From positions 29,407,967 to 29,471,966 of the forward strand of contig CM120640.1 of assembly GCA_051362555.1 (NCBI GenBank): DNA of 64,000 nucleotides. The letters are read 5' to 3'. This stretch comes from Lingula anatina. Taxonomy: Eukaryota; Animalia; Brachiopoda. The position numbers and the translations under genes were made by a program. The stretch's first letter is position 1. Each line of letters opens with the position of its first letter. Of this stretch, positions 52,501 through 62,138 are shown piece after piece. The notes below the pieces were generated by a model. It made no database searches. It saw only the letters and a program-made list of their open reading frames with translations, and was not told the origin of the DNA.

Positions 52501-52760
52501 AATGCAGATTAACTTGTCCCTTCTTATGTGTGAAATCTTCAAAGGTAGTTGAATATGTGTAGTACATACTCTGATCTTATACTCGGCATTTGGTGAAAGA
52601 TAGTAAAAATTAATTTTTGTTGTGCTACATGTAATATACTAGTAGCTTTTGATAGATGATGTTGTTTATTTGTTTATGAGATTTTTTTATTTAGCTTGCA
52701 GATTGTTCATGGGACGAGCATGTGAGAGTGTATTCCCCAGCATCACTAGGGAGCAAATAG
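22842..52760 (+). CDS. PEX7: Peroxin-7, PTS2 import receptor (WD40), 10 coding exons, 316 aa
   Basis: Exons: 22842-22944, 33751-33923, 34360-34395, 35932-36009, 40766-40880, 41516-41625, 43335-43448, 46542-46597, 49647-49746, 52695-52760. All introns are GT-AG, total 951 nt in frame. Peptides [119 protein letters not shown] and LADCSWDE are diagnostic of PEX7. Confidence 0.95.
22968..23332 (-). mobile_element. tRNA-headed SINE (Meta/MESC-like core, (ATT)n tail) in PEX7 intron 1
   Basis: Minus strand: A box TGGCCTTGTGG, B box GGTTCAAAACC, core ggtacctgctgtctccccgcttggcactcagcac, then gctgtatcctccccagggag, ending aataaatgtattattattattatt. Confidence 0.85.
24290..24730 (-). mobile_element. Ty3/Gypsy pol remnant (RT-RNase H connection and pre-integrase)
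   Basis: [56 protein letters not shown] and [17 protein letters not shown]. Confidence 0.75.
25313..27332 (+). mobile_element. Non-autonomous Helentron-type element (HINE, DINE-1/pearl-like) with internal satellite array
   Basis: 5' subTIR ttgtaccaccagc (25317-25329) inside the hairpin taccaccagcg-tagg-cgctggcggta. GC-rich microsatellite-like block at 25375-25427, then a 146-bp array. 3' subTIR gctggtggtacaa (27282-27294), palindrome gaggcggtatcgcctc (27301-27316) and end ctagttt. Confidence 0.85.
26286..27135 (+). repeat. 146-bp tandem repeat, ~6 units
   Basis: Unit starts (tatctccaaaac) at 26286, 26432, 26578, 26724, 26870 and 27015. Confidence 0.95.
27911..28239. mobile_element. TTAA-flanked MITE (Kolobok-like), copy 1
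   Basis: ttaa|agtgataac...gttatccct|ttaa. Inverted copy at 48211..48549 and a related fragment at ~12301..12520. Confidence 0.75.
28844..31003 (-). CDS. LINE ORF2 reverse transcriptase portion
   Basis: [61 protein letters not shown] and the C-terminal [26 protein letters not shown]. Confidence 0.92.
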   Translation of the reverse strand: MNKIRKLRYASPKEYWKILNKKSEQRLEIKNIDEFYNYFKEVNSSVDGNNPPNYNHNQINNEMLNEPITETEIQNTIKKLKKNKSAGADKILNEYIISSASTMMPIYKKLFNLVLDTGILPEAWLIGTIIPIYKQKGNINDPKNYRPITLLSCLGKVFTSILCKRLTDYSDNVMLLQENQAGFRANYSTIDHIFTLNTLIDLSVASKKKLYCAFIDLKAAFDKIWRAGLWGKLMNHNVNGKCLNVIVNMYNGCKSRISLNGILSEYFPCKTGVRQGENLSPFLFSVFLNDLEEFLIQKDVTGLTHVTDELEHELHILMQIMIILYADDTVLLADSKENLQYQLNCYSTYCQIWKLEVNVEKTKIMIVSKGRTQKNIKFTFNNQNVEIVNCFKYLGVYFSKTGSFSETKRYSAKKATKAMYGILKKARHLNLSIVDQLYLFDKIIVPILLYGCEVWGFGNLEIIEQVHLKFCRYLLNLKTSTPKIMIYGELGRMPLSIIIKGRIVSFWINLLTGKQSKFSYILYKLVYNKFMQGCECKWMGNLKSILDNCGLSNIFSTQDVCNKEWLINCVKQKLQDQYIQEWNSDCNNSSKGLSYSIFTNSEFKCRNYILSTLCTHKIITIARFRTTNHRLPIETGRWKKIPRNLRLCNLCKNEIGDEFHYVCRCTFFAESRNLYIPKKACIRPNVIKMYEIFSTKNKKKLNNLYKFISIVNKGVKPSG
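31036..32274 (-). CDS. LINE ORF2 apurinic-type endonuclease portion
   Basis: YLNVCGL, CFTESK, YIPP, GDFNAR, SVVDY, SDIHLP; frameshifted relative to the RT part. Confidence 0.9.
   Translation of the reverse strand: MLYPNDPQREGNSTSNSTNLDYDITEDLKLFYLNVCGLSRRLQYPDFRELIEKYDIVCFTESKIDEQDNIDLPNFTFFAKHRKAFSNYRSGGIVLGCKNQLASFIEPLETDSEYIQWFKIDGSCLDFNDDCILGVAYIPPEKSNYSSPDAFNEIEREYLVISSTYDKICLIGDFNARIGTNDDFWATDEVTSHELNTGDPDIDRLNDIAKLDELNIPRKRQSNDAKKNNYGYHLLNLCKSNNLFVLNGRLEKGKFTTIRSSVVDYCIGTPEFIRGVVDFEILDFSKLFSDIHLPLSCSLKSGQHKQQTDKVKKTTDLFIEKIKAWDNTRSTLFCDNIDKQESDKILQYIGNLNINDVCKEKIDFITEKIAEILLNSAKLALGTYKYRISNKNEIQIFSKVNLEKQKSATRPH
32329..33360 (-). CDS. LINE ORF1 (coiled coil + RRM/Transposase_22-like), 343 aa
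   Basis: Basic N-terminus and long heptad coiled coil, then [36 protein letters not shown] and DKLYIN. Confidence 0.88.
   Translation of the reverse strand: MVKKNNKRKNKEKNISGESVNKIQVTTNHSTPIPRVSSTMSQAPQPQGFLQFSPQGQFPGYISPVPQPGDLYGLIGNLTRKVDEVNARLEKLDVIDRRLIYMENAMETMKNEMKGMKDKVGEIEDGLSALNIISETNRIELKEMQKNMKMLERDEAKTTKVIDAVQDNLTHLKNEIVTLKEKQVDLQARSMRDNLIFTGIEETDEEDTETILVDFLENKMKVEHMPAFHRVHRMGKKTPGKPRPIIAKFANSKVRDNIKRRAVSLKGIENNKYGINEQYPHEINEKRKMLYPFYKSAKRQQKKAVMVYDKLYINNVLFVPDSEQPAKRTQETPRSTPGSVHGT
36049..36667 (+). mobile_element. Truncated, diverged copy of the HINE family (5' part)
   Basis: ttgtatcactag..catggttttagtcccgacc..gttaccgcttctcct..gggtctaggtgtgg..gatttcaaatatgcccttggatttgacct matches 25317 onward. 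Confidence 0.85.
37260..39650 (+). repeat. Degenerate ~320-bp tandem repeat (second dispersed family) in PEX7 intron 4
   Basis: Recurrent gttaagcattatgtaatattgcat(c/g)aaaattga at ~37870, 38205, 38520, 39165 and 39480. Related pieces at 28280-28620 and, inverted, at 6780-7040 and 7930-8300. Confidence 0.65.
40951..41313. mobile_element. CAG-terminated MITE with 6-bp TSD
   Basis: TIR cagacatgctgaaa / tttcagcatgtctg, flanked by AGGTAA (40945-40950, 41314-41319). Confidence 0.85.
42343..43065 (+). repeat. Dispersed ~700-bp repeat, copy 1
   Basis: Aligns by eye with 48844..49590 (gtaattgtccctt..gctaagttcag..ctgccagatacagtttgt..ttatcctcaaactca..). Inverted diverged copy at ~7190..7520. Confidence 0.8.
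43215..43284. repeat. (TA)n microsatellite upstream of PEX7 exon 7
   Basis: Direct reading. Confidence 0.97.
43646..44594 (-). pseudogene. Frameshifted LINE ORF1-like remnant
   Basis: MAQKPNK.. start, coiled coil (ORF 44202..44438), then [56 protein letters not shown]. No ORF2 is visible. Confidence 0.7.
44950..45348 (-). mobile_element. Possible Crypton/DUF3504-like N-terminal remnant
   Basis: [26 protein letters not shown] resembles the P.NT...T.WAV..F..W motif recalled for Crypton/KCTD1/QRICH1-type proteins. Confidence 0.4.
45464..45950 (-). mobile_element. BEL/Pao LTR retrotransposon protease-region remnant
   Basis: [40 protein letters not shown] resembles the BEL DLLIG.D...P.A..T.LGW.L.GP motif; upstream [18 protein letters not shown]. 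Confidence 0.6.
47796..48200 (+). mobile_element. 5' part of a second HINE-like family
   Basis: tttttatgtacagacactgatgtgtcagtacata hairpin followed by a (gtcgct)-like microsatellite. Same terminus at ~27509 and ~49800; complementary gtgtctgtacataaaa at ~49972. Confidence 0.6.
48211..48549. mobile_element. TTAA-flanked MITE (Kolobok-like), copy 2
   Basis: ttaa|agggataat...attatccct|ttaa; reverse complement of 27911..28239. Confidence 0.8.
48844..49590 (+). repeat. Dispersed ~700-bp repeat, copy 2
   Basis: Direct-orientation similarity to 42343..43065. Confidence 0.8.
50607..51793 (+). mobile_element. Older full-length copy of the HINE family with ~2 satellite units
   Basis: ttgtaccaccagagtaggcgttggcagtac ... 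cagctggtagaacaata..gaggagctatcgcctctctgatcctctagtt; satellite-like units at ~51296-51570. Confidence 0.85.
52351..52510. mobile_element. Harbinger-like hairpin MITE
   Basis: ggctacattcagaacaggggactaactagtcca..aaatatggc vs gccatattt..tggactagtaagtccgctgttctgaatgcag, with tta/taa flanks. A related hairpin lies at ~52190-52340. Confidence 0.6.
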
Positions 52761-53329
52761 AAGCAGATCAGAATGAGGGCAAGGGGCCTTTCACAAAAAA
52801 TCTGAAGTGAAAATATCATTTTAGCTGACTCACTTAAAAGCTTACCAAACTACATTTAAGCTGCATTGCTCAAAGACTCAAAAAGCCACTTACCCCTCCT
52901 ACCAGTATCTTGAAACTTTCCTCAAGACCAAAAAGTATTTAATTGTAAGTGGACATGAACATGCAACAAAGGACAATCTAGTCACTCGTGCATTATCACA
53001 TTCTAAACATGGCAGTTGGAAATTGATATTGAATCATCTTTATGCTGCATTTTAATAATCTTTTATAATTTATATAACGTTGGCAGGAACCCTCAACTAC
53101 GTGTATTTGTATCTAGTTATGGCTAATTTCCTAGTAGTAGAAGTATGATCAAATTCTGAATTTCATTGCCTTGATTTGTGCTTATGAAGCCAGCTGAACT
53201 AAGTACTTCCTCAGAAGGAATGTGGAGGTTGTTAAGTGACATTTAATTAGATTTAATAATGTGACTGCATAAACTGTATGTGTGGGTAACTGCATGACCT
53301 AAGAGTCTTTAATATACTGGGTACTGTGT

Positions 53330-54048
53330 GCCCATTCCCAATGAAACTATTGTTCTACTTAGAAAGATAAAACTCCTCGGGGACTTGCAATCAGATTAAC
53401 GTGTTAACACACCTCTGGTGTTGAGTAGAATACAGAAAAGCTGGAGATCATATGAGTGTGTTGCAAGGAGTTCTGACAACATACCAATACAAAACAACAC
53501 ATCTTGTTGAGATGTAGTAGTGTTAAACTTTAATAAGATAAAAAAATCAATTACAAAGGCAATAACACAATTCATCCAGAACTAAAGACCAATTAAGGTA
53601 ATGCAGTTGTGACAATATTTAGAATACTATGTAAAACTTAAGGCTAAAAATGGTAATAAAGATAAAGCAATTAAAAGAACATTTTGGTACTAAAGCATAA
53701 GTACAATACAATATCACAATAGAATGTTTCGGTACTAAATTTAAGAACATTTACGGTACTAGTCAAACAAATGTCAATTCTACAAGAAGTGGCCAATAAG
53801 ATCCATCTTACATCCCTCACCATATCAATCAGGCCACTTATCCCTGTTACTTGTACATGGGGGATGCTGACCAATGATGTCCAGCCGACACCCCTCAAGA
53901 GATTGACCACACCACTACCCGATATGCAATAATTTAACCCCAATACAGTGAGAGCACAATACACGAGATTCCCTGTGGATTTGGACCGATGTACATGTAT
54001 AGTACAGTGAACATACCCGGTAAAACCATAGTTTCATTGGGAATGGGC
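53330..54048. mobile_element. MITE with 21-bp perfect TIR downstream of the PEX7 stop
   Basis: gcccattcccaatgaaactat (53330-53350) / atagtttcattgggaatgggc (54028-54048). Confidence 0.75.
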
Positions 54049-55519
54049 CTCCCATGATTGTAGTACATGTACTATGTCAGAAAAAAAATCTTACTGTCAG
54101 ACTTTTCACATTCTTTTTATGTGTTTACTTGCAGACATATGCATATAGATAGATAGATAGATACTGAATATTCAATGTATTGAAATTCTGTTTTGATCAA
54201 CATAAGTCTGGTATTACATAAAAGTTGAAACAAATCTGGACTATAGCCAACAAATTGTTGGGCTCTTCAGTTACACTCTGCATGAAAAGAAAACAAAGAG
54301 TCACTGTGGCTGAAGCTCCAGGGACAACGCAGATAGAAGATCAAAGAGGAGAGTAAACGGCGATGGATATATATTGGTTCAGGATGCTGTAAGATTTTAT
54401 TATCATCAAAAGTAAAATATATCTATATAAATATATACATAATTGTTCAATATTGTAGTTACAATTTCGCTGATTAAAAACAAAATCCCCTGCGAAAATA
54501 CAAGATTTTGGCATTGATATTTTCCATTGCTTTTTACAATAAATACTGTTGACTCCGCCTTAGTTGCTGTGGGATGGGTGGAGCTTATGTGGTGTCACGT
54601 GATATGCAGACATCTGTATGATGCAGTCACAAGCAAAAGATGCCTTTCAGTATTCTTATGGAGTGTGAGCTGTATACATGGGAAGTGAAAGCGAAACAGA
54701 TCGCAAAAAATTAACAGAAGACCAGAAAGTTTGGCATTTGCAACGCTATTTGTTTTTTTTTCTTCAGACTTATTTTTTCACTTTCTGGTGTGTTAGGACT
54801 TCCTCAAGCATCTCTGGTTAGCACTTTTTTGTAGTTATTGAAGAATAAAAACGACAAAAATGCAACAATTATTATCATCTACAAAATGTGTAGAATTTAA
54901 AGTCGTTATAAATCAGTCAACATAGTTGGTCCTCATTCTCTGACCCTGTATAATGCATTTAGGAAAGGTTACTAGTGATAGTCAACTTCTACAGCTCTCA
55001 ATAGATTTTTTTAAAAAGATTTTATCCATGAAATTGCTAGGCCCCTGCAGAGCTGGTGTGTTTTCCACCATTTCCTTAACAATATCATTGGAAATCTCGT
55101 ATTTCATTTACCCAAGAAATAAAAATTTCACATTTTAGTGGTATGTGTAGATGATGTGGAAAAAAAACAAATTTGCATCTCTTCTAGTTCATTCATGTCC
55201 CTCAGTCTTAAACGAGCTTGCTTGTTCTATTTCTGGTGCTCTGGATTGGATGGATTGGATCAGGCATTCTATGGTAGGCGACCCACAACTATACTGCCGC
55301 TGTGCTGGCGATTATTGGCTAGTAGTCGAGTAGCCAGAGGAAAAATAGAAAAACGACCAGAAGTCGCCAGGTATACTTTATCAAGAGCTTCTTTGAACGT
55401 TTATCCTGTCACAAGAGCACAACAGGACTAGTGAATACACTAAAGTTGCATATTTAGTCTTATTAAAAGCATATCGCCTTTTATATTTATGCTCATTATG
55501 ATACTTTGTTAGCCAAAAA

Positions 55520-56370
55520 CTTTATTTGACATTCAACAGATTTTCTACCGGTCTCAGAGAAGGACATTACCTCAATGAGAAAGGCTATGAATTCCAAGTT
55601 TTGTGCTCTGGATCCCATGCCATATATAGTGAAAGAGTGTATTAGTGTATTATCTCCAGTTCTTTTGAGATTACTAAATCCGTCTTTCTCAACAGGCATT
55701 TTTCCATCAAACTGCAAAACTGAAATTGTTAGACCATTACTGAAAAAGCAAGGTCTGTGTAAAAATGTCCTGAAAACTATAGACCAATGTCAAATCTACC
55801 CTTTTTAGGCAAGTTTCTTGAAAAAATGGCATGTTCGCAACTAAGCAGTTAGCTGGCTGAAAATAAACTCTTTGGGAAATATCAGTCTGCCTATAGAGAA
55901 GGCCACAGTACTGAGACCTTTCAGCAGCTTTTGACACTATAGATCATGATATTCTTCTTCACAGGTTGCCCCATTGCTTTGGAGTGAATGGACTTGCACT
56001 TAGTTGGAATACCAGACCTGAAAAACGGAACACAAAGGGCTTCAATAGAGCCAGTTTTATCTCAGCCGGTTAACTTGAAATATGGTGTTCCACAAGGGGC
56101 TGTGTTAGGTCTGATCATATTCGCATTATACATGTTACCTGTAGAAGATATTATACTAAAACATGGTCTGAACACTGTCATTTTTGCAGATAACAAACAA
56201 AGTCTATATTACATGCGAGAACAGCCAGTCTGCAACAATAACTTCTATCGAGACTTGTCTTGAAGAGATTCGAGAATGGATGAAAGTTAACATGTTGGCT
56301 TTAAACGATAGTAAGACTGAGTTGATATGGTTCAAGGCAAATAGGAATCAAGATAAGATTACCGCAATGG
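55520..56370 (+). mobile_element. Decayed L2/CR1-type LINE RT fragment
   Basis: [73 protein letters not shown] and WMKVNMLALNDSKTE, across frameshifts. Confidence 0.85.
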
Positions 56371-56384
56371 TCTCCTCTTTGGTA

Positions 56385-56410
56385 TATTCAGGAACCGTAA
56401 ATGCTAGAGA

Positions 56411-56452
<42 letters not shown>

Positions 56453-56510
56453 GCATTTTGTAGAGCATGTCAAGCCCAACACTGCGGATGCTGTCTGTTT
56501 TTTATTTCAC
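56385..56510 (+). mobile_element. Internal fragment of the HINE family
   Basis: ggaaccgtaaatgctagagacc..tggcattttgtagagcatgtcaagcccaacactg matches 25939-26003. Confidence 0.7.
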
Positions 56511-56810
56511 TCAGCCAACAGGTACAACAACTGTTGGCTGAGTGAAAGAAACAATTTCAGTTCAATTTTCGTCTTTTTCCCCCAAATGTTTTATTTTGTG
56601 TCACAAATACCCCGTATTCATGTATAATGAAGCCATTATTATATTATCAAAATGAAACTTTACACAAATGCTTCAGTCTACGTCAATTATCCAAACGCCC
56701 TATAGCATCTTTTTCAATTTATTCTAGACATTGTCCTCTCCGTTGGACGTAAATCTATAATGCACCTCATATAAAGGACAGACGCAATAATATAAACTGC
56801 AGAGGGATAA

Positions 56811-57309
56811 CAGGGCCGTAGCCTGAGCAAAATGGCAGAGGGGGCAGTAAGCGGACACGAGGGGGCGATGCCCCCGAGGGGGAGGGTTTGGGAAGGGGTG
56901 TCCCCCTCGCACGGTGTGGAAAATTTTTAAAAACTGTATGTATAATACTACATTCTGGTGCATTTTAACTGTTATTTATTGGTCAATCAGAAGTCAGAAA
57001 TTGTGGGTTCATTTTGCCATAAGTACAGTCATTTTTTCAACACAACACGCCAATTGGCCTGGGGGATAGCTCCCTCAGGGAGGGTGAGCTTTTTGGCATA
57101 AACTGAGTTGGCTAAAAACAGTACACCTTTGTAAACAGATTGTTGAATGATTGTCTAGTGGCCATGAGTGCCTTTTCTCACAGAATTGATACCAACTTTG
57201 CAATTATTTTTTTTACCTTTGCGATTATTATTATTTCTTTTGCACCCCTATTTCCAGGGGGGGCAGCTGCCCCCCCCCCCCCCCTGCCCCCCCGGAGGCT
57301 ACGGCCCTG
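56811..57309. mobile_element. CAG-terminated MITE with 5-bp TSD
   Basis: TIR cagggccgtagcct / aggctacggccctg, flanked by GATAA (56806-56810, 57310-57314); G/C-run-rich subtermini. Confidence 0.85.
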
Positions 57310-60300
57310 GATAAGCTTGCTCTCTTGTATTAGAAAACTGGAAAGCGTTTTCAACGGATCACACATTAACTACGAATAGGGGCCTACGAACATTATAGTG
57401 GATAAGCGAAACAGATTCCGACTAATCGGATCACATACATATATGTCTATTTTAAATACTCTCATAAAAATAGCGACAGACTTCTTCGCTTTTTAAGACT
57501 CAGACATCTTTTGATTTCATTGATATTCATTTGCAATTAAGAGCTGGGCTAGGGATTCGCAGCAAAATGTAACTTTTTAGATTGGATAAAAGTCTCATCC
57601 TGTCTTCTCTAACACAGTCGATTGATTTTTGTTGGGTTTATTCATTCAAACAGCGAAATCTGACTGCTAACACTGGTCATTTGATATATTGTTTGATGGC
57701 TGTTAAAACGACGTGATTTTGTTTTGCCATTATGAATTTAGCAAACCCGAATTGCCTTCCCGGGATAGGAATCGATAATTGTGCCCTGTTACATAACAAA
57801 GACCAAGCCCTAAATCGAGGCCTCTATACGGAGGGTGGTCAACAGTATATTATTAGGTAAACCAGGTGAGCACTTTGCTGAGAGGTATTCAGATAGGACC
57901 TAGGTCAGTCGGAAAAGAAAGAAGCCTCACTGTTACAAGTTCCACATGTAGGCCGAATTTCTGACTCTGAAACTGCAGTAATCTGTTGTAAGTACCGTAG
58001 AGATAATATAAAATTACACTTCTGATTTTGTGTGGATGACATTTTCCCAAAACGGTACGTTTTCCATTGAAGTCGTATTAACCATGGAGACATCCCGTCT
58101 ATTTCATACCAGTATTGGTCTCTTTAGACGTATATGGACAGATACAGATACATGTAAATGACGTGCACGCCACTTTCTCCTAGAAGTCCTAAATGAGATT
58201 GAAGTAAAATTGCTTATTGTCTGTTATTATTTTCTAAAGGGAACTCATTTGCCAATAAAGAAGCAAGGAGACTATTCCAGTTGTCCACAAGCATGATATT
58301 CCATCTCAAACAAAGCAAGACGACAAGGCAGGTGACTGTATACTTATCTCTTTATTGGGTGCCCTTTGATTCCTTGCGATAACAATATGTTTTTCAAAGA
58401 ATCAAGTGTCTCCTGTTTTTTAGAGTAAACTAAAATGGTAATAATATCACTGTAAATTAAGTTCGTGGTTGTGTAGAACGTGTTGGTTTAATATATTTAT
58501 TCATATAACTTGATTTTTACCCATAGTCATGATTTCCGAAATGGATTGTTGCAATGGTTTTCTTCTTTATCGAACACTTAGATACTGTCTCGTGAATGTG
58601 AAATTTGTTTAATTTAATCTCATTTTCATTTAATTCCAGTGACTCTTAACTACCGTTTATGAGATTGGATTCACCCCCAGCAAAGATATCAACTTCGTGT
58701 TCGACAGCGCCCGCACCCATGTCAGATTGTCTCGCTTGTCGAAGTTTGTTTTATAGCTAATATTCAGGGTTGACATTTGATTTAGTTTGAAATGTAAGGT
58801 TTGCTTTGGGTTGTAATATCAAATGTGTATCAAATGAAGTGCAGCGTGTAACGAGTGTTTTAGTTATGAAACTTCTGATAAAAATGTACTAAATCCAAGC
58901 GTCAACCCTTCACGTCACTGGTTTATTACTTGAGATACGTAAATAAGTTACAGCACAGCTCTCTATTCACACCCAGTGTTTTTTATTGTAATTTGTTTAT
59001 ATTTTTTGTTTATAACCACCAGTTCTCTAACCTGAAACGACACTTTTGGGATGCTCTTCAAACAGAAATAACGTCGCTGAAATCATTTTCTTGCCTAAGT
59101 GATGCATAAAAATGAAAAATGATAAAAATATTGTAGAATTATCACTAAGTGATGTCCAGGTAGAACACTGTGTTGGTATGACCGGTTTTCTGTTTGTAAA
59201 ATATGTGTGGGCAAATTTGTAATAAGACACTTTGTTGTGCACTTGAACATGTATGTTTATTCATATCACATTGAAAATAAAAAATAATTTTAATGAAATT
59301 AACTTTTGAAAAGGAATAGATGTCGCGACTCCGTTACATAATGTGCATACAGGAATTCTGGGTACACTAAAAGAAATGAACGAGATGCATATTTACAATA
59401 AACTGTAAACGCTGTAATCCAAATTATGACGCTTAAGAATTATCGGCAGTATGAAATTGTAAAATGTGCTCAAGTTATTGCAGAAATGTCCACACGTACT
59501 GAAACGGATTTTTTCTTAAATTGTGAATATGCTGTTATGACACAGCTGAGAATGAGTTTTGATGTAGTCTCTCTGATCAGTGTCCCATTCACAGTTTTAT
59601 TGCTGGGAGGAGGTAGAACTGTTTGTGTTTTCAGATAATCAAACCAGCGTTTGGGGGAAGTTATTTCGAAATTAATGTTTTTGCTATCACAGAAGGAAAA
59701 TTGACCTTCTTCCAGTACAACAAGGCGGGAATGTTTAATGTTCACAAAGAATTAAATGAAATGTAAAAATGTTTTCCTTTTGGCATCTTTTGTTAAGTAA
59801 AATGTATATGCAGGATTGACATTTATCACATTCTTGTACAACTTAAAATTTTGAAAAATTCTTATCGAATTCGTATTGATAACAGGATGTCGCAAGGCTC
59901 TGCATTTTTTTTTTTTTTTTTTTTTTTGGGGGGGGGGGATGAACCTTTGTAGATCGTAAATATTTCTCAAAAATACGGAATTATTTCTGTATTGAAATAA
60001 CACGAAAAGGATTTTTTTTGGAAAATTAACATAAATATCTATTATTATATGTGGTACACTATAGTAGTTCTTTTATTTGGTTAGTTAATTTACTGACTAA
60101 AGCTACTTTTTGTTTTGTAGTGATTTGCTTGTGTAATCAAAAACGAAAAATCAAAACTTTGATTGGTAAGACAAAAGGTTTTACCAAAATTTTGCAGGTT
60201 GGTGTAATTTTAATGTAGATCTTGTACTTGGTATTTTCTTAATTCTATTTTTCGGTCGGTATCAATGGGTGGTTGTGAAGAAAATGGAAGATTAGATGCC

Positions 60301-61469
60301 AGTCTTGCACGTGATGTTGGGTTATTTTTGCTGAGTGTTTCTTTATCACTAAACACCGGAGACCGTTGAGTTTATTAGCATTTTCTTAGTAAATGTGCTT
60401 ATAGTTATTTTAAGTAAATTGGTTTTTGCATAGCCAATTTTCTTTACATATTGTTCTTAAAAATGACTATGACTGGATAAGGAGGTTAACTAACCATGTC
60501 TTCATGCTGTTCTTGATTTGCACGACGCGTAAATTTAAGTGTTCACTCAAATTGTGCCACCAAAATCCCTCTTTAAGAATTAAAGAGAAAAAAATGACAC
60601 AAAATGCGAGGCACATCTTCATTTATCTATGACAAAAGCACTAATTAAATTTACAGAATTGAATAATGTTTGACTGCTTTTCGGTGTTGTATGCGATCAT
60701 CAGCATGGCGACATAGAGTAAGTTGTGCTGTCTTAACTGCGTGCCCGCGTGCGGGGGGAACGCTTACATGAGATCATATGCATTTTAAATTTTCGTTACT
60801 GTTACTACCCTTGAATTTAGATAAAAAATGTCCGCCGGTGAAATTTTGGATCAGTCACAGGACAAATACACCAATTTTAACTTTGAACGCTAGTTGTAAA
60901 ATATATCACGACAAATCCTCAACTTTCTTTTCAAACTCTGGGCAAAAACCTGAGAATTTTATGTTCTGGTTAGAATTGTCGTGTGCAGTGTTCTTGAACA
61001 TATCTTTTAAAACCAAAATGAATGATCTTGAGCGAAAATTTTCAAAATGCATACTACCTCCGACGCATCTAGTCATGGATAGTTGTATTTAAGCTTGATT
61101 GACATCTCGAAATGCGAGAGCGTTTTGAAAATTGCTTTTTATGTAGAGCCAAAACGTACACGTAATGTTCGGGTTTTGCATACATCTGTATGGTGCATAT
61201 GCTTGTATTTGTTATAATAAACGTACTTATTTAAATTGTAATACATGTAGTTTCAAAATGTACAAAATGCCACTCGATTATTCCCTTATTTCCTTTTGCT
61301 CGTCTCGAGCCTTTGGTTATCAACTTGGTCAGTCGACCTCCTCTGTCTTAGCCTGTCGCCTTATCTATTGAGCAACTGTCTCAACTTACTTTTTGTTATA
61401 CGCATGATCCTCTTGTAGCAGTTTGAATTGTTTATTTGGAATTATTTTTGCAAAAGGTAATTTGCTGGG

Positions 61470-61675
61470 ACCTAGGAGAGCCAGGAATCGAACTGGCGAC
61501 CTTCTGTTTCCGAGCCAAGCGTGTTACCTATTCCTCTAAGTGTTCCCACCCACCCTCCCTGTGTAGACTTTCTTCTTATAGTAACCAAAGGAAAATTTTA
61601 AAAGCACCCCTTTGTAATTCCAAAGTGCCCGAGCCAGGAATCGAACCCCAACCCCAGGCTACCACTGAGCCATGT
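61470..61675 (-). repeat. Two tandem tRNA-like Pol III heads (SINE heads or tRNA pseudogenes)
   Basis: Minus strand: ggctcagtggtagcc..GGTTCGATTCCtggctcgggcac (61625-61671) and agaggaataggtaacacgcttggctcggaaacagaaggtcgccaGTTCGATTCCtggctctc (61475-61538). Neither folds into a complete cloverleaf. Confidence 0.6.
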
Positions 61676-62000
61676 AGCCGTCAGTAGGACCTAAAAACAC
61701 TAAGACAATTTGTATATTCAATAATTTTTTATTGTAATCTTAAAAGAGCAAAACAAATAGCTATTATGTATTCTATTATATATAAAACATATAATAGGTA
61801 AAACATCATTGTCTTAAGTTTTTTTATTACTAAGCATCTGAAAGAATATTATTGATGTCTGCATTTAAACTCACTTAAAGGTGTAACAAATATTACATTT
61901 TTATCTATTCGACTTGACAAATAAACTATCTACCACACTAATGGTCTTCTGTTTGATCTTAATGACACAAACAAAATATTTCAACTTGTTTAATAAAAAA

Positions 62001-62138
62001 CAATGGTGGATCTAGTCTCCGCCCTCCCCGAGGAGAGAGAGACCCATTCTGGACTCACATTATCAAGTCATCAAAATGCTCCATCTCGCCCCAAAGGTCA
62101 ACATATGACCCCATTTAAATATCCTGGATCCGCCATTG
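62001..62138. mobile_element. Short MITE remnant
   Basis: Imperfect TIR caatggtggatctag / ctggatccgccattg. Confidence 0.6.

Noticed and set aside
59426-59745. Short ORFs as exons of a fourth gene
   Set aside because: No recognisable motif, no consistent splice partners, and composition like the intergenic background.
61470-61540. Functional tRNA-Pro(CGG) gene
   Set aside because: The T-arm/B box is present, but the acceptor stem, D-arm and anticodon stem do not pair properly.
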